A DNA stretch of 61,797 nt, filler included. It is 3 parts of 3 records of this genome, joined end to end, with 100 filler letters (N's around TTAATTAATTAA, not from the genome) between each part and the next. Parts side by side here need not be neighbours in the genome. Positions count along the whole stretch, not along the records: positions 46,346 to 61,797 come from DRR378314_1581; 2 more parts are not named here. The stretch is one strand, 5' to 3'. Position numbers and translations under genes: made by a program. The notes under the pieces were generated by a model, which saw only the letters and a list, made by a program, of their open reading frames with translations, did not search any database and was not told the origin of the DNA. Positions 51,747 to 61,797 of the stretch are shown here, in pieces (the stretch's first letter is position 1; the number at the start of each line of letters is the position of its first letter).

Positions 51747-54700
51747 TTACCCAATGGAGGCCTCGATGCTTGCGTGGTAGGAGTGGACTGCCTCCGCAAG
51801 TCGGTGGAATGCCGACGATAATTTCCCCATCTCTTTTTTATGCTCAAACTGCACATCCTTTGTCTGTGAAAGTATGCACACATGGGAGAGAGAAATTGAT
51901 CATTACAGTAAGAGCGCGTCTTGGTGTTGGAAATGCTCTTCTCTTCCGCAGCACGCGGGTGTTCGGGAAACGTCTGCGGAAGATCCGCGCTTCGCGTGCA
52001 CCCGTGGGTTACGGCGGAACGTACGCACGGAGGTGTCACTCTGCCCAAGAATCAAGAAAGTGTGCGATACTATCGGCATCCGGACTGTTTTTTGATTAAA
52101 TATTTATATGGTAGTTGCGGACTTCCGACACACCTTTCTTCTAACGTTATCCGCCTTGTTTAGCGAGTCCTCAGTCCGGATGCGATTGTCCTCGTTTTCG
52201 AGCGACACCTCGGCGAGAGCCTTGCGCGCGCAATCCAATGCCGCGGTAGAGGCGTCGCGCCGGGCAGCATTCTGCGATTGTAGGCGTTGTAGCCGCTCTT
52301 CCGCTCCACTCAGCTGACGTTCGAGGAGCTGTGTTACGATGTACATTGGATGCGCACGGGAAGTAGGAGCATGCGGGTAAGAGCGTGCCTGCTGTTGCGG
52401 GCAGGCTCAGAATGGAAGTACTGGGCTAGAGCAGAGTCGTCGGAGTCCTAAGCTGCCTAGAACCAACGGCACGCGCCATGCGTTTTCGAGAACCTGCCGC
52501 CATTCCATGCGGCGCTCATCGCTGTACCGTTTAAGTTCTCGACTTGGGACCCTATACCTTTTTCTGTGCATATAGCTCCTGCTGCTCCTTCTCCAGGTTC
52601 TCCTGCGTATCGACCGCCTCGTTAACTTTGCGGTTGGCAGCTTCGGCCTGCTCCGCGTCGTGGCGGACCGTCATCACGTACTCTGTTATCTGAGCGCGCA
52701 TGGCGCAGGCGAAGAGAGAAAAGAGAGAGAAAGAGGAAAAGGTGAAAAGACTGACGTGCATGACGCGAACGTTTAGCATATGATCAGTCGACTAGCTAGT
52801 TCGAACGCTAGCTTGGAGCCAGACTCTGACCTTGCCTGCACGCAGAATAATTTTTTTTCTGCAATGGCGTGCGTGCCGCGTTTCCTCTCCGGGAGAACGC
52901 GGTGGTCATCGCTCATTTGCCTGGTCACACGATCCCGGTAGCAACCAGTTTTGCGGGCAATACAAGCGAAGATGAGCGCACACAACTATCAACTCTGGGA
53001 CGTACCCTTTCCATATCACTCGCCACGTTTTCAGCACTACACAAAGATGAGCGCAATGACTTCAATGTTTTCTGCTTCGAGGCAAGCATCCCCCGTTCTT
53101 GGGCATCCGTAGTTGCAAGAACGGAAAGTGCCTCTTTCAGCTCTTCGGGGCTATCGACGATTTGTTCGCGCAGAGCATCGTTCTCTTGTGCAATGTTGAT
53201 CGTCTCGTATTTGATTGTAGACTGCATATGAATTGTGTGCACATGCATTGCATTCAATGAACGGGAGTATATGAGTGGAAGGGTGTTACGCGGACAGATA
53301 TACCACGCGGAGTGAACCTGGAAAATGCTCTTTGCTCCTGCGTCGGTCAGCTTTAGTCAGCGTTCCCCCAGCACGAGGATCAGATCGTCAGCCTTCTGCT
53401 CCAGAAATGCAAATGCATAGCTCAGCAAGGAAATAACGAGCAATCATGTTGCTTTCATGAGGAGCCGGTGGTCCATCGCTTGGAAGCCAGGTCGAGCGTG
53501 CTACGGAATCCAGAGCAGCAAAAGTCGCGCGGTCTCTTGGCCGTGGCCGCTGGTGTCTGAAGCTGCGGGTGGAGCCAAGAGACGTCTAGTGGCGCATTTG
53601 CAAGGAAAATGAAAAAGCAAATCCAGCAACTTCTACTCTAGAATGATAACCAGTAAGACATACCAATTGATCTGTCTTTTCCTGAATTGCAGTTTTAAGG
53701 TCCCTGATGTCATTTTGGAGCTGTGCCTGCTCTTTGTTTAGCGAATCGATGAGGTCCGCGTTCTCGGACACTTCAGCCTCGAGCTCCTCCGCTTGCTCTT
53801 CCTCGCTTTCGCGCTGGAGCCTGTAGCACATCGGAATACCCGTAGAAAACAGCACGTGCTGTCAGTATACTGCACACTGCGAATCCAATGTATTTGTGGA
53901 TGAGGACATCTTGGTGTCTCTACGAACTCTTTCCACATTCTTGCCCTCTTAGAAATCATGATGCAGAGCAGTTAGTTACTGTGCTGGGTGAAGGAAGACG
54001 GTGGATGGCTTTGCGTACTTTATTGTGTCGATTCGCTCCTTGACGTTCTCATTTTCTTCCTCCAGCGCCTGTCTCTCAGAGAGTAGTTGTTCCTGGAAAT
54101 GAGGTCCATCGAAGTATCACAGGAACGAAGTAAACGTCGAGTACACGGAGAAGAAAGAGCCTGCGTTCGAAACTTCTCCCGGGAGAGAGTGCTTACAGCA
54201 GTGGCTTCCCGCCTCCTCTCTGCGGCTGTCGCCGTCGACTTGGTAACGCATGGCTATATGCTTCTTGCGTACCGATTCTGCAGTGAGCTCCTGATAGCGC
54301 ACAAGCCGATCTTCGCGGAACATGACAAAGTTAATAATCCCGCTAAGTTGCTCGCAAAAGGACTCTTTCGAAGGTTTGAATAAATCACGTATCGTGAAGT
54401 TATGACATCCGATGACAGTCATGAACTCCTTCCTACAAGCAGAGGCAACAGCGCAGAAGGGAGCACGGGCAGACGAATTAATGTCGACAGTGTAGCGTGC
54501 TACCTCGAATTTCCAATTCCTGCAGGTGCTGTAGCGGGATTCTGGAAACTCTGATCGAACAGCGGCGAGAACTACGGGGTGTACTTGTGGCAAGGGCAGC
54601 CGAATGCTCTGCGCTTTCGTAGTTTTTCTCGTCACGTAGTCTCGAGCGATCAAAATCATAGCGTGTATGTGCGCGGAAGATACGTTCGATGCGAGAGAGG

Positions 54701-55640
54701 GCTTTGCAGCACGATGCGCCTCTGCAGCTGCGGAGATCAATAGCAAAAACATTCTGCAGCTGGCTGTTGCGGGGCGCCACCTGGAGGCGCCACCCCCGTT
54801 TCCGATACGGTAGGAACAGGCTGTTCTTCCGAATCTACGATGCTCTTTTGTTCCTGGTACATGTGGTTTATATTTCGTGTGCTTCTTGTTTTCGAATGAT
54901 TTTTTTTCGGGAGGCCGTTAGAACGCAGTAGTATGGAATACAATACAAGTCTCCTACGTTGTTCCTATGGCGCAGTGCGCTCCGCGCCTCTTGCGGCAAA
55001 CGGTACGATTACCGCACGTTGGCGGGAAACGACCTCGAGTCTCCTGCAGGTTTTGTACGACGAACCGGCGCGCGAGCTCTCACACCTGCGATGCGATAAT
55101 GCTGATTCCTATGTTTCATTTCTATTGCATTATGACAACGGGGAAGAAGGGAAGAAAGGAACCAGCGCGCAAGGGGGGTCGCAGGGCACGAGAGCGCGTA
55201 TCGGACAGGAATAGCAGCACATCGTCCCGCGCGATGCAACAGGACCTTTGCCGTCGCGACGAACAGGAAGCGAGCCAGGCCGGGTCTGTCACAGAGAGGT
55301 ACTCTGGCTTTAAGCAGAAAACTTGGGCGCCCCTCTTTTCGCTCCATGAATCGACGCACATTTTGCTAAAGAAGCATATTTCTCCTATTGAATCTTCGTA
55401 CAGCTCGGGGTACGTAAAGGCTTCCATGGCGGAGAATTCCGGCTGTTGCCGCTCGTCGCGGGTCGTGCCTGTAAACAACTCCACGCAGCGCTCAAGAACG
55501 GAGCGCACAAAGTCTGGCCGCGCCTTTTCGAGATCTCTCTTCTCCACCGTTATATTCAGTTCTTGAAAACACTGCACAATTTCATCGTCGGACAGAATGG
55601 GAAACGAGAAACCACGTGACTTTTTCCGGCCTTTCACCAT
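51747..55640 (-). CDS. NUF2: Kinetochore protein NUF2 (Ndc80 complex)
   Basis: FSFPILSDDEIVQCFQEL, YPELYEDSI, FTIRDLFKP, LSGIINFVMFRE, IVDSPEEL, a long coiled coil, and a final exon ...AFHRLAEAVHSYHASIEASIG*. Eight exons. Confidence 0.93.
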
Positions 55641-55670
55641 CGCTGCTCGTGCGTTTGGTGCGTCGTCGTG

Positions 55671-55679
55671 TGGCGGGAA
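55671..55679 (-). promoter_or_regulatory. E2F-like site TTCCCGCCA about 30 bp upstream of the NUF2 ATG
   Basis: Plus strand tggcgggaa is the same 9-mer, at a similar spacing, as upstream of the GON4L-like gene. Confidence 0.3.
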
Positions 55680-56507
55680 GCAAAGTCAATTGGGGCGGCC
55701 AGCGTCTCGGGCGAGTTCGAGTTTCCGGCCAGGGGAGTTCGCGGGTTGGCCGCGCGGCGTGAGCAAGCGGCAGAATCGACAAAGGTCCGGTTACGAACCC
55801 TAAGACTCTTTTTCCCCTTGACGAACGTCTAGCCTAATTGCTCTGCAAACCGAGAAATGGCACAGCCGACCCTGCTGCGTGAGCTTGGCAGGCCAGGATC
55901 GTCGAACGCTGCAGATTCTGAGAAACCGCCTTGCGGGCATAGATCGCACTGGGAACAAACACTAATTCTTTCACAGCGATATCCAAGAAAATTTGGGGGC
56001 TTCTTCAATAATCAACAGTGAAAGAATGCACGCAAAAGCGGTGCAGGTGGGCGGCAACCGCAAGGCAACAGTGCTTTAGCGAGGGCCAGCTGGCGCGCAG
56101 CGCCTCCTTCCCGCGTGCATTGACGCTCTCGCGCGCGTCGTATGCGAGACGAAGCGCCCCGTCATTCCGTCCTAATCGCGCGTTCTCATTTCAGTTATAC
56201 GGAACGCGAGGTGCATAAAGCTACAAGTCTTTCCTCGCTGGGACGAAGTACTGTTGACATCAGTCCTCCAGAGCAGGGCTGTGGAGAAGAGAGCTGGCGA
56301 GGGTTAGACGATGCGGACCCCGTCGAATCGGCCGCCCGACAAAGCGCGAAACATACTTGCGCCCTACTGAGGTATCGCAGCATTACGCCTGTGAGGTGCC
56401 GAGCGCTCCTCGAACTGCTTGTTCCCTGCATAGTTTTCAGCTTCGCATACTGATACGCCGGAGACCGGAAGCAACACCGATACTCGACTACGAATCGGTG
56501 GAGCACG

Positions 56508-59476
56508 ATGGCCGCTGCCCAGTTGCAGCTGATCGCCGATGCTCTGAATACGCCTCCGTTTTCAGAGAATCTCTCGCTCGTCGCACTGGATGAAAAGAGC
56601 GCGTATGAGTTACTCGTTCTCGCAGGACGTGTGCTTGCCGAGATCGGCGCGATACAACACGAGGCACTGCGGGATGTTCAGGCGGAGGAGCTCGTTGAGC
56701 GCGTGGTCCAATTTCTGCGCGTCATGAAATATCGCTCGGCAGAAACTATGGACAAGGTGAAAGAAGGTGCGACATATGGGGGTTTGCAAGGAAAGGCGCA
56801 CTTGGCCATTGCAATTTTTTCCAGTACGAGCTGTAACACACTCACAGTTGCGCTCAAAGCTGTTCCTATGCACAAATTTCTTCTTCGAGGAGAATCTTTT
56901 GCGGAGGCGGTGCTCTCCTTGTTTGGAGTACGCCAGGCGGCTCTGTAGTTTGCCGAGAGCGGCAAGTGCGACCGGTAGTTCGCCTCCGCACCGGCGTATC
57001 GTTGCTGACACTGTGACAAGTCTGCTTGTAAAAAGAACGCATTGACTTCTCTTTCCGATCCGATCAACATGAGGTCGGGACTAATGCCCAAATGATTCTT
57101 ACGATGATTACGATGCATGGTGCACGACATGCGGGAAAGGCTCCTGACGCAGGTTTGTTTGCGCTGTACCTTTCGTACGCGGCGGCTGCGTTCTTCGTCT
57201 GTTTTTATTCCTTGTTGCGCTGTGATGTGTAGCTATATCTGCAGGCAGCAAGTCTGAAATTGTCGCGATCCTGTCTTGGACACTTCAACGCCTCCCGGAA
57301 CTTCGCAAACGCACGTATCTGGCAAGATTTCTTGTCGGTATCCGAGTACGTCGTGCCTTGTAACGTTGAGCAAATCACTATCGCACAGCTGCGAGAAGTG
57401 CAAGGAAGACAGATGGAACCCTGCAGGAAGCCTCCCCGCCAATTGGCAAGTAGTCTTTCCGACGGGGTACCAATGCCAAGTGTCCGGGCTCTCTGCTACA
57501 CTGTTGCCTCGTGGAAGCGACACAAACGATGTGCTTCCTCTGACACAAGAGCGCTATAAATTTCAACTGTCATTTTCAGCCGTGGCGGTGCATCGGTTTT
57601 CTCCTCTGCGAGTTGGACACTCTGCTGAACTGCGTACGGGGTGTGGTTGGGAGAGGCACCGCAATATTTTCCCTCAAGATGCGCGTTTCCTTGTCCGTGT
57701 ACGCCAACAAGACAGCGCAGCACCGACTCTGCAGCAGGCCATTTCTGGCGGGGAGAAAGGGGCCGCTGAATTAACAATACCACACGTGCTTTGTGAATAT
57801 ATTTATAGGTTCCCGATGAGTTGATGCAAGACGAAATGGTTGCCGAAGCTGTGTCGCAGCTCGAAGGACTGCAAGAGGAGTTCAAGCAAATCCACAAAGT
57901 CTGCGATGCACTCGAGGCAAAGCAGACTGAGCAGGCGGCTGCCGAGCTTCGACAGGAAGTGAAACACCTGAGCGACGAAAAGATGCACTTGGAAGGCAAG
58001 ATTGCAAAAATTAAGGAACGGCTTTCCGGGGTATCCAATTTGAAACGGTTGTATGCGGCGACCAGTGCTCTCCGCATTGCCCAGGAGGAGGAAGCGCTGC
58101 TGGCCGACCGGGCGGAGGAGCAGCAGAGTCTCTTAGAGCGTGCTCTGGCGACGGAGGACGAGACGGAGAAGCGTGTTGATGCTCTTCGAAAGCTTGGCGC
58201 AAGTGCGAACGCTGGCAAGATCCTTGCGCATTTGCGAGCTGATGTAGAAGCTAGTCGGCGCGCTGCTCTTCAGACTCTTCCGGCGACAATTGCTGCGCAC
58301 CAGCGCAGCGTCAACGCGCTACGCTGGCTGTCCGAGGCTCGGTCGGTTTCCGAGGCCGATCTCGAGGCTGCGCACGCAGATGTGCAGCAGCTCTCACGAG
58401 ATGTGTCTGATCTTGTATCAAGATTCCAGGCGCGTCGAGATGCAAGTTCGGATGATAAAGTAAGGCTCTATCGACAGCAGGCGGGAGTAGTGGAGCGCAA
58501 GTTAGCGGACGCGCGTGAGCGCGCACGCCAGCTTCAGCGCGTGCGAAGCGAGCTGGAGGCGCAGATAGCGTCTTCGGATTCGTCGCGAGCCGAAGATCCT
58601 TCGATGCGCGTTCCCACCGGAGAGGAGTTCAACAAGTTTGCAGCCGATCTCCGCGCCAAGCGATCGACGTATCAAAAGCTCAAAGCGGATCTGGATGTCG
58701 TACAAACTGAGGGGGGAGTATTGGCGAGGACATCTCAGGTGCTCGAAAGCCGAGCTGCCGAGCTGGAGCATGCTCTGCAGGAAAAGGAGGCGGAGCTCGG
58801 GGTCGAAGGCTATCATTCGACCGAGCAGACTCTGGAGGAAGTATCCAAGTCCAAAAGCGTTCTCGATCAGAAAAAGGAAAAGACTTTAGAAGAGATATCG
58901 AGGCTTGTATCTGAGATCAGCAGCAAAATCAAGAAGGAAAAGACCCGCTTGGCTCCTCGGATTAAGGAGCTACGCGGTGCGCGCACGAAGGCACAAGAGA
59001 CGGAGCGCGCATATATTGAGAAGAAGTCGACGTACGATACGCTGATGGTGGGATTCGATGCAGAAATCAATAAGCTTAAGCAACAAATTGAACTCTATTC
59101 CACCGACTTACAGCGCGACGAATCTCGCCTACACCAAGTTGCCCTAGAACTTGAGCTCGCGCAGGCACGGGACGAGGTTGTTGGTGACGAGCTTCGCGCG
59201 AGCTTGACGAGTACTCGTGCGAAGAGCGGCGTGATTGCGACGTATGAGGCGCACTTGAAGACACTCGCGCAAACAACAAACAGTCTTCGAGAAGAACATC
59301 AAAAGGTGATGGATACGCATGCAGATCGCTTATACCAGAAGAAACTGGCAGAGGGCCTGGTGGCTCTCTTGTCCAAAAAGCTGCGATGTATTGAGAAGGA
59401 AAAGGACCAGGATTTGGCGCTTCCTGCCGACGAAGGGATGACGTATGGCGAAGTAAACCGCGTTGTCTTCGAGTAA
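56508..59476 (+). CDS. IFT81: Intraflagellar transport protein 81
   Basis: LNTPPFSENLSLVALDEK, FLRVMKY, GSKSEIVAILSWTLQRLPELRKRTYLARFLV, VPDELMQDE, DDKVRLYRQQA, GEEFNKFAADLRAKRSTYQK, KEKTLEEISRLV, LAPRIKELR and VNRVVFE*. The last exon is about 1.67 kb. Confidence 0.95.
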
Positions 59477-60252
59477 ACGCGGTGCCGCGCGGTGCGTGGC
59501 TATCCAGACGACGTCCTCTCTTACTTGGGGTATTTTGCTTTCTTGTACATCAAATCGAAATCGCACGTTGCATGAAGGTATATACGGATCGCCAAATACT
59601 ATGCGTTCCCTCCTTTTGCACAGGGTGTAAGACAGAGCGAGGCTCTCCCAGCATGCACTCAGCGGATGAGAGCTCTATTAGAAAACTGGGGTGGAGAGCG
59701 CACGATTGCGAAGCGTGCCGTTGCTATTCCAAATAAAGGACTCATGCAGAACGGGCAATGTCGCCAACATTTACGCTTAGACGTGAATCAATTTGTTGCA
59801 AAGGCCTGGACGAGCGATGCACGGCACAGCGGCAGCACGAGACATCGGTTCCTCAAGGGAAAGCATTTCGTTTTGGGGGGTCTTGCTGTGCGTGAGTGTG
59901 CCTCTGTGCGTGCACGTGTGGATCAAGCTCTCATACACATCGCTGCAAACACGAAGTACAGTCTCGCTGAGGTTACAACCTCCGGTAATCGTCGATATGA
60001 CTCAAGTTGAACACCGCTGCATGAGCTTTTGGAGATACACAGGGCACCTTCGAGTGGCAAACGAGAGTGTGCTACAGGTGCGTCGGCGGGCGTGCGCCGC
60101 TCCATGAATCAAGCAGACCCCCGTCTTGACGCAATGTGCTCTAAACGCAATAGTACAAGAAAGGCCGTGGCGCGAGGTGAGCAGCGTCGCTCATATAGTC
60201 GCTTGGTTGCGTGTATTTTTGCAACAGCATGAGGGGCGGTTGTGCGGGAAAT

Positions 60253-61792
60253 TCAGCTCGACACAAAGCGGCTGGTTTGGAGCGTTTTGCTGGTTGGCTT
60301 TGTGGAAACCGTGGCGCGCGTTGGGCTCTTAAGCAGTGTCGTCAACTTGGTGCGACGCGCATTGTAAAACGCAACAGCATCTGGGTCCTCGCTCATCACT
60401 TTCTCTTGGGCCATTTTTTCAAACCGCTCTCCGTAGTCAAGCTCTTCGTCGCCATTGGGAGCGCTTTCCTGGACATTTATCCGAGTGTGTACACGTTTGC
60501 CGACGGGTCAGAATCATAGTATCGTTACCGCCATTCGGCTTCGCACAGAAGAAAAGGGAGAATGTAAAGATGTTGGCGTTCTACTCTACTCGCTGTAAGC
60601 GACGTTACTTGGCGAGAAAGCATAGCCCTTTCGAGTGGGAAGCGGTGAAGAGAGCACAATGCGCAGGCTGTGTGCGTAGGCTGAGCGGCATGTCATTCTA
60701 TGCCGTTCAGTTGAACTGAAAAGCAAACAGGTGCAGCGTTCATTTTGTGCTATTGTGGCTGCATAATGGAACGCATTTTTGCCCAAGGCCTCGTGTTGGG
60801 CTGTGTGCATAGCGCAACGTACTTCTCTGGTCTCTGCTGAGGCGTTTCCGTGGGTTTCTTCTGCAGGCGCATACTGTGCGCGATACCACTCTTCAAACTC
60901 CAAGTAGAGCTTCTGCCGGCACTGCTCTACCAAATGCGAAACGTATTCGATCTCAGATCGAACCATTTTAAGGTCTTCAAAGGATTGCTTATACTCAACC
61001 TTTTGCTCCTTTAAAGACCGGAAGAGATCATACCTGCGCGTCGAAGTCATGTGAGAATGGCACAGACATGCAGCAGATGTACTCGGGAAACTTAGCGCGC
61101 GTTGCTTGCGATGCTTTTGGACGCCCCAGCACCAAAGGGTAGTTCCAAAGCGCTGATACTGCGTGTGAACGTCGTCTGCTGACGAGCCATTCCCAATAAG
61201 AAAGAATTTACGGCTGTTAGTATGGTTGTTTTGTGAGGATGAGAACAGCGCATTTTGCGAGAAGAAGGAAAATTTCCGTTTCCCGGGGTGGAGCTGCTGG
61301 TTTGCGCACACTCAGGCACGAATCGCGTGGCGGCCAACAAGTCTAACTTTTCTTTGCGCTCTGGCGACAACCTAATGAGAGAACGCCCGCCCACACGCAC
61401 AAGCACACGACCGTCTGTACGCATACAAACAGGGTTTCGCAAACCAACCAACCAAGTATTTGGCACTCGGCTGGTGCCACACGTAGTCAATTTCGACCCA
61501 TTATCCCGAAGAATGACTGGTGCACGCCACCTGCCCAAATCTGCCATGGCGATTGCGCCACTCTCATTTTGGCCGGACAGGGGCTTCCGTGCTCAATGTT
61601 GTCGCAGAATTGGTATGAAAGTGTTTTTGCAAGGCTCATTTTGTGCGAGCTGGGTGGAAATCGTGAGCGCACGTACTCTTCCTCGTCAATGATTTCCTCT
61701 TCGCTATCGTCGCGCTCGTGCGCATTTCGCGCTGCTCGCTTGTCGTCAATCGCCGCTTTGAGGTCATCGATGGCCCTTTTCGCAGTGTTAAC
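60253..61792 (-). CDS. KIF9: Kinesin-9 (KIF9-like) C-terminal tail exons; the motor domain lies beyond the window
   Basis: VNTAKRAIDDLK...IIDEE|EYDLFRSLKEQKVEYKQSFEDLKMVRSEIEYVSHLVEQCRQKLYLEFEEWY and LDYGERFEKM..EDPDAVAFYNARR match the KIF9 tail. Confidence 0.85.
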
Positions 61793-61797
61793 CTGCA

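Overview
This is nuclear DNA from an intron-rich eukaryote, most likely a flagellated aerobic protist: IFT81 and KIF9 imply a flagellum, and BCS1 and Tim13 imply conventional mitochondria. The window is three contigs joined by two artificial 100-nt linkers (N44-TTAATTAATTAA-N44), so adjacency across the linkers is unverified. Most ORF-track entries are antisense shadows or exon/intron read-throughs, so I rebuilt gene models by hand from GT-AG junctions. Recognisable genes, in order: BCS1-like AAA ATPase (missing from the ORF track because it runs off the left edge), an ARM/HEAT-like protein, UFM1, PP1 inhibitor-2, PIG-V, a stand-alone LolD/MacB-type ABC ATPase, a PAP2 lipid phosphatase, a partial GT8-like glycosyltransferase, SDF2/SDF2L1, Tim13, a partial GH38 alpha-mannosidase, a partial GON4L/DUO3-like Myb protein, NUF2, IFT81 and a partial KIF9, plus several orphan coding regions. 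I found no rRNA, tRNA, CRISPR array or recognisable mobile element, and no clearly new multi-gene system. The most notable signals are: a strongly GTRCG (+4C) 5' splice-site consensus; head-to-head NUF2/IFT81, two NN-CH-domain relatives, with matching E2F-like motifs nearby; an intronless BCS1 with a tandem-repeat tail; a UFM1 start codon split by an intron; and a large orphan membrane plus coiled-coil gene.
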